Assembly: GCA_965648905.1 (NCBI GenBank)
Contig: CBFGIT010000005.1
Span: 3,097-67,096 of the forward strand
DNA: 64,000 nucleotides
DNA from: a candidate division WOR-3 bacterium
GTDB lineage: Bacteria; Hydrothermota; Tepidihabitantia; Tepidihabitantales; Tepidihabitantaceae
Direction of reading: 5' to 3'
A model generated the notes under the pieces. It was not told where the DNA came from. It did not search any database and saw nothing but the letters and a program-made list of their open reading frames with translations. This document shows, piece after piece, positions 20,744 to 32,673 of this stretch (its first letter is position 1; each line of letters opens with the position of its first letter). The position numbers were made by a program, and so were the translations under genes.

Positions 20744-22423
20744 ATGACGAAGGACGAGGCCGGCAAGAATCAGCAACGGCTCGCGCAGTGGGAGAGCGAG
20801 GTGGTCGGGCCGGTGCTGAAGAAGGCGCCGGAGCGACCTGAGACCGCGGAGACGGTCTCCGGGCTGCCGCTGAAGCGGGCGTACACGCCGGCAGACTGGG
20901 ATGGCACATCGTACGATGAACAGCTCGGAATGCCGGGCTGCTTTCCGTTTACGCGCGGGGTGCAGCCGACCATGTACCGGTCCCGGTTCTGGACCATGCG
21001 GCAGTACGCGGGGTTTGGCTCGGCCGAGGACACGAACAGGCGCTACCATTATCTGCTGAAGCAGGGCCAGACCGGGCTTTCGGTCGCGTTTGACCTGCCG
21101 ACGCAGATGGGCTACGACTCGGACCATCCGCTTGCCCGGGGCGAGGTGGGCAAGGTCGGTGTTGCCATTTCGTCGCTTGAGGATATGCAGACCCTGTTCG
21201 CGGGCATACCGCTCGACAAAGTCTCGACCTCGATGACGATAAACGCGACCGCCGGGGTGCTGCTGGCGATGTACTGCGCGGTGGCCGAAGGGCAGGGTGT
21301 GGACATTGCCCAACTCCAGGGCACGATTCAGAACGACATTCTTAAGGAGTATGTGGCGCGGGGAACCTATATCTTTCCGCCCCGGCCATCGTTGCGCCTT
21401 GTGACCGATATCATTGCCTGGTGTGCGCAGCACGTGCCGAAGTGGAATACGGTGAGCGTTTCCGGATACCACATGCGCGAAGCAGGAGCAACCGCAGTGC
21501 AGGAAGTTGCGTTCACGATTGCCAATGGCCTGGAGTACATCAAGGCCGCGCTCTCTGCCGGCCTGGCAATCGACAAGTTCGCACCGCGGCTGTCGTTCTT
21601 CTTTGCTGCCCACTCCAACATCCTTGAGGAAGTAGCGAAGTTCAGGGCCGCGCGTCGGCTCTGGGCCCGACTGCTGCGCGAGCGCTGGCAGGCCTCGGAC
21701 GAGTCGTGCAAACTGAGGTTTCACACCCAGACCGGCGGCGTGACCTTGACCGCGCAACAGCCGGATAACAATGTCGTGCGCGTGGCATATCAGGCTCTGG
21801 CTGCGGTTCTGGGCGGAACCCAGAGCCTTCATACCAACTCGCGGGACGAGGCACTGGCCCTGCCGTCGCAGGAATCGGTCACCATCGCGCTCCGCACGCA
21901 GCAGATTCTTGCGCACGAGTCGGGCGTGGCCGACACGGTTGACCCGCTGGCCGGCTCGTACTGCATCGAGTCCCTGACCGATGAGATTGAAGCCCGGGCC
22001 CGCGCGCTGATTGATAGGATCGAAGCCGCCGGTGGCGCGACCGCAGCAATCGAGTCCGGGTTGATGCAGCAGGAGATTGCCGAGAGCGCGTATCGTTACC
22101 AGCAACAAGTGGAGAAACAGGAGCGCATCGTGGTCGGCGTGAACAGGTACAAGGAAGGGGAAGGGGCGACAGGAGTTCAGGGGCTCAGACTGCTCAAAGT
22201 AGACCCGGACCTGGGCCGGCGGCGGGCAGAAGAACTGGCCCGGTTCCGGCAGCAGCGCGACCGGGCAAAACTTGAGGCGGCGCTGGCACGGCTGGCTGAG
22301 ACCGCCCGGAGCAGCGGCAATCTGATGGAAGCGATTGTCCCGGCAGTCCGGGCCGGCGCGACCGTGGGCGAAGTGTCGGACGCGCTGCGGGCAGTGTTTG
22401 GAGAGCATGACCGGATGAAATAG
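20744..22423 (+). CDS. Methylmalonyl-CoA mutase catalytic (TIM-barrel) subunit without a fused B12-binding domain
   Basis: The N-terminal substrate-barrel motifs are present ([26 protein letters not shown]). The protein stops at 559 aa, before the position where the cobalamin-binding domain would be. Confidence 0.85.
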   Translation: MTKDEAGKNQQRLAQWESEVVGPVLKKAPERPETAETVSGLPLKRAYTPADWDGTSYDEQLGMPGCFPFTRGVQPTMYRSRFWTMRQYAGFGSAEDTNRRYHYLLKQGQTGLSVAFDLPTQMGYDSDHPLARGEVGKVGVAISSLEDMQTLFAGIPLDKVSTSMTINATAGVLLAMYCAVAEGQGVDIAQLQGTIQNDILKEYVARGTYIFPPRPSLRLVTDIIAWCAQHVPKWNTVSVSGYHMREAGATAVQEVAFTIANGLEYIKAALSAGLAIDKFAPRLSFFFAAHSNILEEVAKFRAARRLWARLLRERWQASDESCKLRFHTQTGGVTLTAQQPDNNVVRVAYQALAAVLGGTQSLHTNSRDEALALPSQESVTIALRTQQILAHESGVADTVDPLAGSYCIESLTDEIEARARALIDRIEAAGGATAAIESGLMQQEIAESAYRYQQQVEKQERIVVGVNRYKEGEGATGVQGLRLLKVDPDLGRRRAEELARFRQQRDRAKLEAALARLAETARSSGNLMEAIVPAVRAGATVGEVSDALRAVFGEHDRMK

Positions 22424-22432
22424 GAGGCAGGC

Positions 22433-22840
22433 ATGATCAAGAAGGTTTCCCACATTGCCGTCGCGGTGCCCGACATTGAGCAGGCGGCTAAGGCCTATGC
22501 TTTGCTGGGTCTTACGATGACGGGCAAGGAGACCGTGCCAGGACGTAAGGTCACGGTCGGTTTCATACCAATAGGGGAGACGCGGATTGAGCTGGTGCAG
22601 CCGGATTCGCTCGATTCGCCGATTGCCAAATTCCTCGAGCAACGCGGGCCCGGATTGCAGCATATCTGCTTTGAGGTCGATGATGCCGATGCCGAGTTCA
22701 AGCGGCTGAGCGAAGCCGGTGTGCGGATTATCGACAAGTCACCCCAGGCAGGTGCGCATGGGACAAAGGTATTCTTCATCCATCCGCATTCAACCGGCGG
22801 GGTACTGGTGGAAATGTCCGAGCCGCCAAGACAGCCGTGA
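22433..22840 (+). CDS. mce: Methylmalonyl-CoA epimerase (VOC/glyoxalase fold)
   Basis: 135 aa with the paired VOC motifs HIAVAVPDIEQA and HICFEVDD, immediately downstream of the mutase. Confidence 0.8.
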   Translation: MIKKVSHIAVAVPDIEQAAKAYALLGLTMTGKETVPGRKVTVGFIPIGETRIELVQPDSLDSPIAKFLEQRGPGLQHICFEVDDADAEFKRLSEAGVRIIDKSPQAGAHGTKVFFIHPHSTGGVLVEMSEPPRQP

Positions 22841-22858
22841 GGACGCGGCTGGACTGAC

Positions 22859-23782
22859 GTGGAATACAGAGACTATTACCAGATTCTCGGAGTTCCCAAA
22901 GACGCCGACGAGAAGACAATCAAGGCCGCGTACCGCAAGCTCGCCAGGAAGTACCACCCGGACGTGGCCGAGAACAAGGCCGAGGCAGAGAAGAAGTTCA
23001 AGGAAATCAACGAGGCGTACGAGGTTCTCTCTGACCCGGACAAACGCGGCAAGTACGACCAACTGGGTGCGGACTGGCAGCGATTCCAGCAGGCTGGCGG
23101 CAGAGGCGGGTTCGATTGGAGCCGGTACCAGGCCGGGCCCCAGACCGGCTACGCCCGATACACAACCGAGGACCTGCAGGACCTTTTCGGCGGCCAAGGG
23201 TTTTCGGACTTCTTTTCGTTCGTGTTCGGCGGCCAGGACCGCTCGTCGGGATTCGAGTTCGGTGGCACCGGCCAGGATATCGAGCAGCCGATTAGAGTAA
23301 CGTTGGCCGATGCTTTTTCCGGGACCACGCGCCGACTGAAACGGCAGGGCGGGCCGACCATCGAGGTGAAGATACCGGCCGGGGTTGACACCGGGTCGCG
23401 GATCAGGGTCAAGGGCCAGGGTCTGGCCGGCAGGCGGGGCCGCGCCGGTGACCTGTGGCTGGTCATCGAGGTTGAGCCGGACAGCCGTTTCACCCGCATC
23501 GGCGACGACCTGAAGACCCGGGTCCAGGTACCGCTGTACACGGCAGTGCTGGGTGGGGAGGTAACCGTGCCGCTGGTCCAGGGCCGGGCCCGGCTGAAGA
23601 TTCCACCGGAGACCCAGAGCGGCACAGAGATGAGACTGAAAGGCCAAGGCATGCCCAGGCTGAACAGCACGAGCAAAGGTGACCTTTATGTTACGGTTGA
23701 TATCCGCCTGCCGTCCCGATTGACCGAGAAAGAACTGGCGCTGTTTCGGGAACTCGCCCGCATGAGGCCCAGCGGGCTTTAG
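22859..23782 (+). CDS. DnaJ-family co-chaperone of the CbpA type (J domain plus C-terminal substrate-binding domains, no zinc finger)
   Basis: The N-terminal J domain includes YYQILGV and KYHPD. A G/F-rich linker follows, and there is no CxxCxGxG repeat. Confidence 0.75.
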   Translation: MEYRDYYQILGVPKDADEKTIKAAYRKLARKYHPDVAENKAEAEKKFKEINEAYEVLSDPDKRGKYDQLGADWQRFQQAGGRGGFDWSRYQAGPQTGYARYTTEDLQDLFGGQGFSDFFSFVFGGQDRSSGFEFGGTGQDIEQPIRVTLADAFSGTTRRLKRQGGPTIEVKIPAGVDTGSRIRVKGQGLAGRRGRAGDLWLVIEVEPDSRFTRIGDDLKTRVQVPLYTAVLGGEVTVPLVQGRARLKIPPETQSGTEMRLKGQGMPRLNSTSKGDLYVTVDIRLPSRLTEKELALFRELARMRPSGL

Positions 23783-23887
23783 CCCGGGAATCCTGAGGAT
23801 GCAGGGCAGGTCTAATATATGTCCGGGGTACTTGGGGTGTGCGGTTGGATATGCGAATTACCACAGTCTGAGAAAGGAGCGTCTGGA

Positions 23888-24460
23888 ATGAGACTGAAAG
23901 GCAGCAGGACCGAGAGGAATCTCATAACCGCATTTGCCGGCGAGTCGCAGGCACGTAACCGCTACACATACTTTGCGAGCCAGGCCCGGAAAGAGGGGTT
24001 TGTGCAGATGGCGCTGATCTTCGAGGAGACTGCGAACCAGGAGAAAGAACATGCCAAGCGGTTCTTCAAGTTCCTTGAAGGCGGTGAGGCTGAGGTCCAC
24101 GGGATGTTTCCGGCTGGCACAATCGGCACTACGCTTGAGAACCTGAAAGCCGCGGCTGCAGGTGAGAAGTACGAGTGGGGAACCATGTATCCCGATTTCG
24201 CACGTGTCGCGGACGAAGAAGGGTTTGCCGAAATCGCGGCCGTTTTCCGAAACATCGCCGTGGCTGAGAAGCAGCACGAGAAGAGGTACAATGACCTGGC
24301 GGCCAACATTGCTGCGGGCCGGGTGTTCAAGCGCGACAAGCCGATACGGTGGCGTTGCCTTAACTGCGGCTATGTTCATGAAGGCAACGAGGCGCCGCAG
24401 CAGTGCCCAGCGTGCGCTCATCCTCAGGCATACTTCGAGCTGCTGGGTGAGAACTGGTAG
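23888..24460 (+). CDS. rbr: Rubrerythrin
   Basis: A ferritin-like di-iron domain with paired E...ExxH motifs, plus a C-terminal rubredoxin-like CxxC...CxxC. AAAGGAG sits just before ATG 23888. Confidence 0.85.
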   Translation: MRLKGSRTERNLITAFAGESQARNRYTYFASQARKEGFVQMALIFEETANQEKEHAKRFFKFLEGGEAEVHGMFPAGTIGTTLENLKAAAAGEKYEWGTMYPDFARVADEEGFAEIAAVFRNIAVAEKQHEKRYNDLAANIAAGRVFKRDKPIRWRCLNCGYVHEGNEAPQQCPACAHPQAYFELLGENW

Positions 24461-24526
24461 GATAGTGGCGCTGCGGGAACACGGCTTCAGGCCGGCAGAA
24501 CCACAACACCTGGCAAGGAGAAACCA

Positions 24527-25042
24527 GTGCCTGAACGAACGAATCTCGTGACCATGGGCGGCAAGCCCGTGACCCTGGTTGGCTCTGAAGTAAGAGTCGG
24601 AGACGTCGCGCCGGACTTCACTGCGGTCGGCAACGACCTGAAGCCGGTGACGCTGTCCCAGTTCAAGGGCAAGGTCGTCATAGTCTCGGCGGTGACTTCA
24701 CTGGACACCTCGGTCTGCGACACGGAGACCCGGCGCTTCAATTCCGAGGCGGCCAGGCTGGGACCAGACGTCGTCATCCTGACCGTCAGCATGGACCTGC
24801 CGTTCGCCCAGAAGCGGTGGTGCGGAGCAGCCGGTATCGATAAGGTCATTGCTGTCTCCGACCACCGGGATGCATCATTCGGCATGGCATATGGCGTGTT
24901 CATCAAGGACCTGCGGCTTCTGGCCCGGGCGGTGTTCGTAGTTGACCGCGCGGGCGTACTCCGCTACATTCAGCTTGTGAAAGAGATTGGTACCGAGCCG
25001 GACTACGAGGCCGTGCTCGCTGCGGTCAGAGGCGTGCAGTAG
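24527..25042 (+). CDS. tpx: Thiol peroxidase (atypical 2-Cys peroxiredoxin)
   Basis: The family-typical N terminus GSEVRVGDVAPDF and the peroxidatic Cys region SLDTSVC. Confidence 0.85.
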   Translation: MPERTNLVTMGGKPVTLVGSEVRVGDVAPDFTAVGNDLKPVTLSQFKGKVVIVSAVTSLDTSVCDTETRRFNSEAARLGPDVVILTVSMDLPFAQKRWCGAAGIDKVIAVSDHRDASFGMAYGVFIKDLRLLARAVFVVDRAGVLRYIQLVKEIGTEPDYEAVLAAVRGVQ

Positions 25043-25062
25043 TTCAGAGAGGAGACAACACG

Positions 25063-25416
25063 ATGACGGCAAAGCAACAGGTGTACAGTTGCGGCGTGTG
25101 CGGCCAGATGGTTGCGGTCGTGCATCAAGGCGGCGGCAAACTGGTCTGCTGCGGTAAGCCGATGATGCTGGCCGGTGATGAGCAGAGTCGGGCAGCACCG
25201 AACAAACCGCCGCTGCGGGCAACTCCTGCCCCGGGGGCTGGCCTGGCAGCGGACGTGCCATACTGGAAGTGCTCGAACTGCAAGTACGTGCTCCAGGCAG
25301 CACAACCGCCTGAGACGTGTCCGTCGTGTCAGCAGAATTGTCAGTTTGTTGATGTAACATGCTATATCCCGGAGTGCGGTTTTTCCGGACCGGACAACCG
25401 TCTGATTTCGGGATAA
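25063..25416 (+). CDS. Desulforedoxin-like N-terminal domain fused to a C-terminal rubredoxin-like Cys4 domain
   Basis: The N terminus [28 protein letters not shown] matches the Dx FeS4 fold. The C terminus contains WKCSNCKYV...CPSCQQ. Confidence 0.55.
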   Translation: MTAKQQVYSCGVCGQMVAVVHQGGGKLVCCGKPMMLAGDEQSRAAPNKPPLRATPAPGAGLAADVPYWKCSNCKYVLQAAQPPETCPSCQQNCQFVDVTCYIPECGFSGPDNRLISG

Positions 25417-25434
25417 CAGCTAAGGAGGAAACGA

Positions 25435-25812
25435 ATGGCAAAGCGTCTGGAAGTCTATAAGTGTGAAGTGTGCGGCAATATCGTCGAAGTGCTCACCGGC
25501 GGAGCCGGCCAATTGGTCTGCTGCGGCAAGCCGATGAAACTGCTCGTCGAGAATACGACTGACGCGGCGAAAGAGAAGCACGTGCCGGTGATTGAGAAGG
25601 TCGCGGGCGGCTACAAGGTCAAGGTCGGCAGCGTCGCTCACCCGATGGAGGAGAAGCACTTCATCGAGTGGATTGAGCTGGTGGCCGGTGATAAGGCGCA
25701 CCGTCAGTTCCTTGCTCCGGGGCAGGCGCCTGAGGCGTTCTTCTCGGTCGAGGCGACGAGCGTTTTCGCCCGGGAGTATTGCAACATCCATAGCCTCTGG
25801 AAAGGACAGTAA
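25435..25812 (+). CDS. dfx: Desulfoferrodoxin / superoxide reductase (2Fe-SOR)
   Basis: An N-terminal Dx domain ([28 protein letters not shown]) and a C-terminal SOR domain with His ligands and the terminal Cys region. Confidence 0.8.
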   Translation: MAKRLEVYKCEVCGNIVEVLTGGAGQLVCCGKPMKLLVENTTDAAKEKHVPVIEKVAGGYKVKVGSVAHPMEEKHFIEWIELVAGDKAHRQFLAPGQAPEAFFSVEATSVFAREYCNIHSLWKGQ

Positions 25813-25813
25813 G

Positions 25814-26356
25814 ATGATTCCCAAGAAGATCGAAGAAGCGTTCAACGACCAGGTCAAGTACGAACTGGAGTCGGCCTACATCTACCTGTCGATGTCGGCC
25901 TGGTTTGCGACTCAGGGGCTCGACGGCATGGCACGATGGATGAGTGCTCAGACTCAGGAAGAGCTGACCCATGCGATGCGCTTCTACAAGCATATCATCG
26001 AGCGCGGCGGCCAGGTGAAGCTGCAGCCGATTGCTCAACCACCGCTGGAATGGAAGTCGGCCCTTGACGTGTTTGAGGCAGCGTACAAGCACGAGCAGTT
26101 CATCACCGGCCGTATCGACCTGTTGATGAAGCTGTCGCACGAAGAGAACGACTTCGCCTCACGCTCGCTGCTGCAGTGGTTCGTGGATGAGCAGGTCGAG
26201 GAAGAAGAGAGCACCTCCAGGGTGGCGCAGCAACTGAAGCTTGTGGGCAGCGACGGCCGCGGTGTCCTGATGCTTGACCGGGAACTGGGGCAACGGACGT
26301 TCGTGCTGCCGCCGGAATTGGCCGGGCTCTACGCTCAGGCCCCGGCCGGCGCGTAG
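25814..26356 (+). CDS. ftn: Non-heme ferritin
   Basis: ATG at 25814 follows an AAGGA-like RBS. The ferroxidase-centre residues of a ferritin-like four-helix bundle are present (ELESAYIYLSMS, EELTHA). Confidence 0.8.
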   Translation: MIPKKIEEAFNDQVKYELESAYIYLSMSAWFATQGLDGMARWMSAQTQEELTHAMRFYKHIIERGGQVKLQPIAQPPLEWKSALDVFEAAYKHEQFITGRIDLLMKLSHEENDFASRSLLQWFVDEQVEEEESTSRVAQQLKLVGSDGRGVLMLDRELGQRTFVLPPELAGLYAQAPAGA

Positions 26357-26374
26357 CCGGCGATAAGGAGACGA

Positions 26375-27589
26375 ATGATGGCAGCCGGTGGGTTTGAAGC
26401 GGTCCGGATCAGCGAGCACGTCTGGTGGGTCGGCGCGATTGACTGGTCGGTGCGCGACTTTCACGGTTACTCGACACCGCGCGGTACGACCTACAACGCG
26501 TTTCTCGTGACCGGTGAACAGCCGGTGCTCGTGGATACGGTGAAGGCGCCGTTCTTCTCAGAGATGATGGCCCGCATCAGCTCGGTCGTGGACCCGAAGA
26601 CCGTCAAGGTCATTATCTCGAATCACTCGGAGATGGACCACACCGGCTGTCTGCCGGAGACGATCGCGGCAGTCAGACCGGACCGGGTCTATGCTTCGGT
26701 CATGGGCGTGAAGAACCTGCATGACCAAAGGCTGGACCCGGTCGAGATAACCGCAGTCAACGACGGCGAGACCCTGAAGCTCGGCGGGCTTTCGTTCACT
26801 TTCCTCGAAACGCGGATGCTCCACTGGCCGGATTCAATGATATCGTACCTGCACGAAGACGAACTGGTCTTTTCGCAGGATGGCTTCGGCATGCATCTGG
26901 CATCAGGCGCCCGGTTCGCGGACGAGTGCGACCCGGCGGTGATGGAGTACGAGGCGAGGAAGTACTTTGCCAATATCCTGCTGCCCTATGCTTCGCTTGT
27001 CACCAGGCTGCTTGGCCGTATCGCCCGGCTCGGCATCAGCATCAAGACGATTGCTCCGGACCATGGGCCGGTCTGGCGCAAGGACCTGCGCACGATACTC
27101 GGCTGGTGGGAGAAGTGGGCTGAGCAGAAGCCGGGCAACCGTGCGGTCGTTCTCTTTGACACGATGTGGCAGAGCACAGCAATGATGGCGCGGGTGATTG
27201 CCGACGGGCTTGCCTCAGGCGGGACAAAGGTGAACATGGTGCCGATGCAGGGCAGTACTCGGGCAGACCTGATGACCGAGCTGCTCGGCGCTGGCGCTCT
27301 GCTGGTTGGCTCGCCGACCATCAACAACGGGCTGTTTCCTTCGCTGGCCGACGCGCTGACTTATGCCCGGGGTCTGAAGCCGAAGAACCTCATCGGCGCG
27401 GCGTTCGGGTCCTACGGCTGGAGCGGCGAGGGCGCGACTCAGGCCGAGGACTACCTGAAGGCGATGGGCGTGGAACTGGTCGCGCCCGCGCTCAAGGTCA
27501 AGTTCGTGCCTGATGCCGGAGCGCTCGCCCGGTGCCGGGAACTGGGCAGCACTGTGGCCGCGAGGCTGAAGGAACGCATCACTAAGTGA
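26375..27589 (+). CDS. Flavodiiron protein (FprA/ROO-type O2/NO reductase)
   Basis: An N-terminal metallo-beta-lactamase-like di-iron domain (HSEMDHTG) and a C-terminal flavodoxin domain. Confidence 0.85.
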   Translation: MMAAGGFEAVRISEHVWWVGAIDWSVRDFHGYSTPRGTTYNAFLVTGEQPVLVDTVKAPFFSEMMARISSVVDPKTVKVIISNHSEMDHTGCLPETIAAVRPDRVYASVMGVKNLHDQRLDPVEITAVNDGETLKLGGLSFTFLETRMLHWPDSMISYLHEDELVFSQDGFGMHLASGARFADECDPAVMEYEARKYFANILLPYASLVTRLLGRIARLGISIKTIAPDHGPVWRKDLRTILGWWEKWAEQKPGNRAVVLFDTMWQSTAMMARVIADGLASGGTKVNMVPMQGSTRADLMTELLGAGALLVGSPTINNGLFPSLADALTYARGLKPKNLIGAAFGSYGWSGEGATQAEDYLKAMGVELVAPALKVKFVPDAGALARCRELGSTVAARLKERITK

Positions 27590-28332
27590 TTGAGCACGCC
27601 GGGACCGGCGCGCACTGCCCGATTGACCCGCAGCGGGTAGAGCTGGCAGCGCTACGGACCCTGAGCTACGGACTCTACGTCGTCACGTCGCACGATGCGG
27701 GCAGGCTGAATGGGTTGATTGTGAACACGGTGGTTCAGGTCGCGGCCGAGCCGTGTCAGGTCTCGGTCAGCGTCAATAAGGCGAGTCTGACCCATGAGTA
27801 CATATCGCGGAGCGCGGTCTTTGCCGTGGCCGTGCTGGACCAGGAGACGCCGCTGCCGTTCATTGGCATCTTCGGGTTCAGGTCCGGCCGCGACTTCGAC
27901 AAGTTCAGCAAGGTGAAGTACTCGCTCGGCCTGACCGGCTGCCCGCTGCTTGAGGAGAATACGCTTGCTCTGATTGAGGCCCGGGTCCGGACCGGGGTCG
28001 ACTGCGGCTCGCATACGACGTTCTTCGGCGATGTGGTCGCCAGCCGGATGGTCAGACCGGGCCGACCCCTAACCTATGAGTACTACCACCAGGTGAAGGG
28101 CGGCAAGACCGGTCGCGGTGCGCCGACCTATGGCCTGGACATGTCTAAATGTGAGAAAGACGAAAGGAAGAAGATGAAGAAGTACGTCTGCCAGGTCTGC
28201 GGCTACACCTATGACCCGGCCGCGGGTGACCCGGACGCTGGGATCAAACCGGGTACGCCGTTTGAACAACTGCCGGAAGACTGGGTCTGTCCGGTCTGCG
28301 GCGCGTCCAAGGACCAGTTCGAGCCGGAGTAA
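27586..28332 (+). CDS. Flavin reductase-like (FMN-binding split barrel) domain fused to a C-terminal rubredoxin
   Basis: The first ~150 aa resemble the flavin reductase family. The C terminus [12 protein letters not shown]...[14 protein letters not shown] is a canonical rubredoxin. Confidence 0.7.
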   Translation: MIEHAGTGAHCPIDPQRVELAALRTLSYGLYVVTSHDAGRLNGLIVNTVVQVAAEPCQVSVSVNKASLTHEYISRSAVFAVAVLDQETPLPFIGIFGFRSGRDFDKFSKVKYSLGLTGCPLLEENTLALIEARVRTGVDCGSHTTFFGDVVASRMVRPGRPLTYEYYHQVKGGKTGRGAPTYGLDMSKCEKDERKKMKKYVCQVCGYTYDPAAGDPDAGIKPGTPFEQLPEDWVCPVCGASKDQFEPE

Positions 28333-29576
<1,244 letters not shown>

Positions 29577-29580
<4 letters not shown>

Positions 29581-30209
29581 TTCCGTTTCTCGATGACGTC
29601 GTCGACGATGCCGTAGTCCCGAGCTTCCTCGGCCGACATGAAGTAGTTGCGGTCCGAGTCACGGATGATCCGGTCGACCGGCTGACCGGTGTGCTGGGCC
29701 ATGATTTCGGCCAGTTGCTGCTTGAGTTTCAGTATCTCCTTGGCATGAATCTCGATGTCGGTTGCCTGGCCGCCGATGCCGTGAGCTGAGGGCTGGTGAA
29801 TCATGATTCGGGCTCGAGGCAGGGCAAAGCGCTTGCCCTTCTCGCCCGCGGCAAGCAGCAGCGCAGCAATCGAGGCCGCCTCGCCGACACAGGTCGTGCA
29901 GACCTTGGGCCGGATGTAGCGGATGGTGTCGTAGATTGCCAGGCCGGATGAGACGATGCCGCCGGGCGAATTGACATAGATGTTGATGTCCTTTTCCGGG
30001 TCCTCGGCTTCGAGATAGAGCAACTGGGCAACGACCAGATTGGCGACGTTGTCGTCAATCGGCGAGCCGAGGAAGATGATCCGTTCTTTAAGCAGCCGCG
30101 AGTAGATGTCGTAGGCGCGTTCGCCGCGGCCGGTCTGTTCGATAACCATCGGAATCAGCACAGGTACCTCCTGCTCAGACTTGCTTGAGGGGCGAGACGT
30201 TCTGGTCAC
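29577..30209 (-). CDS. clpP: ATP-dependent Clp protease proteolytic subunit ClpP
   Basis: Shows [22 protein letters not shown] and the Ser-His-Asp triad context. It overlaps clpX and tig. Confidence 0.9.
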
Positions 30210-31420
30210 GAGACTTCGGCCTTGTCCAGCACGAAGCGCAGGACCTTCTCGCGGAGGAGCTGGTTGCGATAGGCCGGGCTTTCGAGCAGCGGCCGGATTT
30301 CCTCAACCGGCCGCCTGGTATTCTCGGCCATTTCGGTGACTTCCCGTTCCAGTTCCTCGTCGGCGATGTGCAGGCCTTCTTTTTCGGCAATCAAGGAGAC
30401 GAGACAATCGAACTTCGCCCAACGCTCGGCCACGGGCTTGAGTTTGGCGCGTGTCGCATCGTCATCCGGCAGTTCATACTGGTGCTGCAGCCGTTCGAGG
30501 GCGGCCCTGACCCAGGTTTCGGGCGGCTCGAACTGGTGAGAACTGACGAGGAAGTCGAAGACCTGGTTCTTAAGGCCATTCTCCGCGAGCCGGGCGCGGT
30601 CGGCCAGAATGCCCTCGTTGATCTCGATGCGCAGCTTGTCCAGACTCTCATAGCCCAAGTCCCGGGCGAGTTCCTCGGTCAGCTCGGGCAGAATGCGTTC
30701 TTTCACGTCGCGCACCGTGAACCGGTGGACCATGGTCTTGCCCGCGAGATTCGGGTCGGAGTGGTCGGCAGGCATCGGCACCTCGGCAACACGCTCGTCG
30801 CCGGGCCGGACCCCGAGCAGGGCCGAGTTCACCTCGGCGGCGTTCAGCTTGTCGCCGAGTTCAAGAGTAACGTTCGACTTGGGCTGGCCATGCTCAGTAC
30901 CATCGACAAACGTCCGGTAGTCGACGACCACCAGGTCACCAGCCTGGGCCGGCCGGGCCAGCGGTCTGAACTCGGCGCAGCGCTCGCGCAGAGACTGGAT
31001 TCGGCGCTCGAACTCCTCGTCGAATCCGGGTGGCTCTTCACGTCGGAGTTTCAGTCCGGAGTAGTCCTTCAGCTCGAACTCGGGTATGACTTCGACTGAG
31101 ACGATGAACCGGATCGTCTTGTCGGGCGTGACGTCGAGACTGGTGACGCGAGCCGAACCCGCGGTTCGCCATTGAACGTCGGTCAGCACCTGCTTGAGTG
31201 CGTCCTCGACCAGTTCTTCCACGGCCGCAGTCTCGAGCTGGCTGCCGATGCGTCGTTCCAGGACGCGGCGCGGGACCCGGCCGGGCCGGAACCCGGGCAC
31301 GACCGCCTTGTCCTGGTACTCGACCATGAACTCGTCGAGCTTGGATTTCAGTCGCTCCGGCTCCAGCTCGACTTCGATTTCACGCAGCCACTCTTTGGGC
31401 GAGCGGACAGTCTTCTCCAA
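30206..31420 (-). CDS. tig: Trigger factor
   Basis: An N-terminal ribosome-binding domain ([15 protein letters not shown]), a PPIase domain and a C-terminal domain. Classic tig-clpP-clpX order. Confidence 0.85.
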   Translation of the reverse strand: MEKTVRSPKEWLREIEVELEPERLKSKLDEFMVEYQDKAVVPGFRPGRVPRRVLERRIGSQLETAAVEELVEDALKQVLTDVQWRTAGSARVTSLDVTPDKTIRFIVSVEVIPEFELKDYSGLKLRREEPPGFDEEFERRIQSLRERCAEFRPLARPAQAGDLVVVDYRTFVDGTEHGQPKSNVTLELGDKLNAAEVNSALLGVRPGDERVAEVPMPADHSDPNLAGKTMVHRFTVRDVKERILPELTEELARDLGYESLDKLRIEINEGILADRARLAENGLKNQVFDFLVSSHQFEPPETWVRAALERLQHQYELPDDDATRAKLKPVAERWAKFDCLVSLIAEKEGLHIADEELEREVTEMAENTRRPVEEIRPLLESPAYRNQLLREKVLRFVLDKAEVS

Positions 31421-31457
31421 ATGCAGTTCTCCTGAAATGGCAATAGTCCTGAATCAG

Positions 31458-31539
31458 TGCGAGGAGGGGGAGTTGAACCCCCACCCGGTAAAGGACTGGA
31501 TCCTAAGTCCAGCGCGTCTGCCAGTTCCGCCATCCTCGC
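31458..31539 (-). tRNA. tRNA-Leu (anticodon TAG), type II with a long variable arm; CCA is not encoded
   Basis: The reverse complement folds by eye: a 7 bp acceptor stem GCGAGGA/TCCTCGC, the anticodon loop CTTAGGA, and the T arm GGGGGTTCAACTCCCCC. Confidence 0.8.
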
Positions 31540-31571
31540 AGTACGGCGGCGGAGGCCGCTGAAGGCCTGCC

Positions 31572-31600
31572 AGTATAGAAAGCGCACCGGGAAGTGTCAA
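31572..31600 (-). promoter_or_regulatory. Consensus-like sigma70 promoter (TTGACA, 17 nt spacer, TATACT) for the tRNA-Leu gene
   Basis: The minus strand reads TTGACActtcccggtgcgctttcTATACT, about 30 nt upstream of the mature tRNA 5' end. Confidence 0.6.
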
Positions 31601-32083
31601 GGAAACGAGAGCCTCAGCCCGGATGGTCAGATTGAACTGACACGCGAATCCCGGGGATACAGTACTCAATCATCGGTTGTCAATACGCAGGCAGGAAGGC
31701 GAGGGCCGGGCCACAGGCAACGGCGTGCACCTGCTCAAGCTCGTCGCAGCCAAGGAGCAAGCGACCCACACAACTCAGGTAACTTCGGCGGGGGAAAGCA
31801 GTCAGACCGGAATCGCGGCGCCAGACCGCTCCCACCGCGGCCTCGCCGGTGTCCGACGGCAGTTTTGCCTTCTCCGCCCCGACTCGTGACTTCTGATTTC
31901 GCCCTGCTGCTCCACGCGGTCCCACTCTGCCATGACCAGTTGTCCGAGCCGTTCACCCATCTCGGGCATGTCCAGACGGTTCGGCGCCACACCACTAGTA
32001 TACTCTTATCGCTACCCCTGCGCAAGCGGGATTTCAGCCCAACCGGTTGTCATGTCGCGACTTAGCCCACTGCGACATTTGAG

Positions 32084-32400
32084 GTGGGTACGGTCTCCCT
32101 TGCCACTTGCGCCGCGGTTCTGGCCGTCGCCGTGAGAGCGGCTTGGCCTGTCCCGGTCGGTGTCGCTCTGGCCGACGCCGGCCTTAGCGTTCTCCCTGCC
32201 GAGGTGTCTATCCCTATGCCCGTCGCTCTGTTCCCGGCTTGGCTCTTGGCCCGCTGCGCCGCTCCGGCCTGCGCTCGGAATGTGGCTCTGGCCGTGGTTC
32301 CGGCCGCGGCTGGCATATCCGCTTCCCTCTGTGCACCAGTGATTGCGCACACTGGGCCGGTATCCGGGTGCGTCGCAATGCCTTTGTCGCATGCCTAATT
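32084..32400. repeat. GC-rich degenerate repeat region with no credible ORF
   Basis: Related units recur at irregular spacing: GTCGCTCTGGCC/GTCGCTCTGTTCCC, TCTCCCTGCC and GGCTCTGGCC. Overlapping ORFs appear in 4 of 6 frames, which is typical of non-coding low-complexity sequence. Confidence 0.3.
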
Positions 32401-32673
32401 CCCTGACTGACAGTGAGATACGTTACACTGCGTCCGGCTTGAAGCCAGCGGGTCTGACTTGACGCAGACCGTCCGATTCACGTCTATCATCCGCAACTAC
32501 ATGAACTTAGCTTGATTGAGTTGTCCCGGTCAGGCTGGAACAATGGTTGCACTGGAGTTGGCAGTTACTGGGGTAAGAAGGGGTTGGCTGCGTGGGTATT
32601 CCGGTCGACGGCCGGGCCGATGCGGTCACCCTGAGTTGAGGGTATCATAACAACCTACGTTTGGGGGTGTACA

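Noticed and set aside
31690-31780. Possible SRP/4.5S RNA (GGAAGG ... CAGCCAAGGAGCAAG)
   Set aside because: Only short partial matches to the helix-8 consensus, and the spacing between the elements is wrong.
31457-32065. 202-aa plus-strand ORF
   Set aside because: It overlaps the tRNA-Leu gene and its promoter, has an Arg/Gly/Pro-rich low-complexity composition and no RBS.
32084-32400. CRISPR array
   Set aside because: The repeat units are degenerate, of unequal length and irregularly spaced. There are no exact direct repeats and no cas genes.
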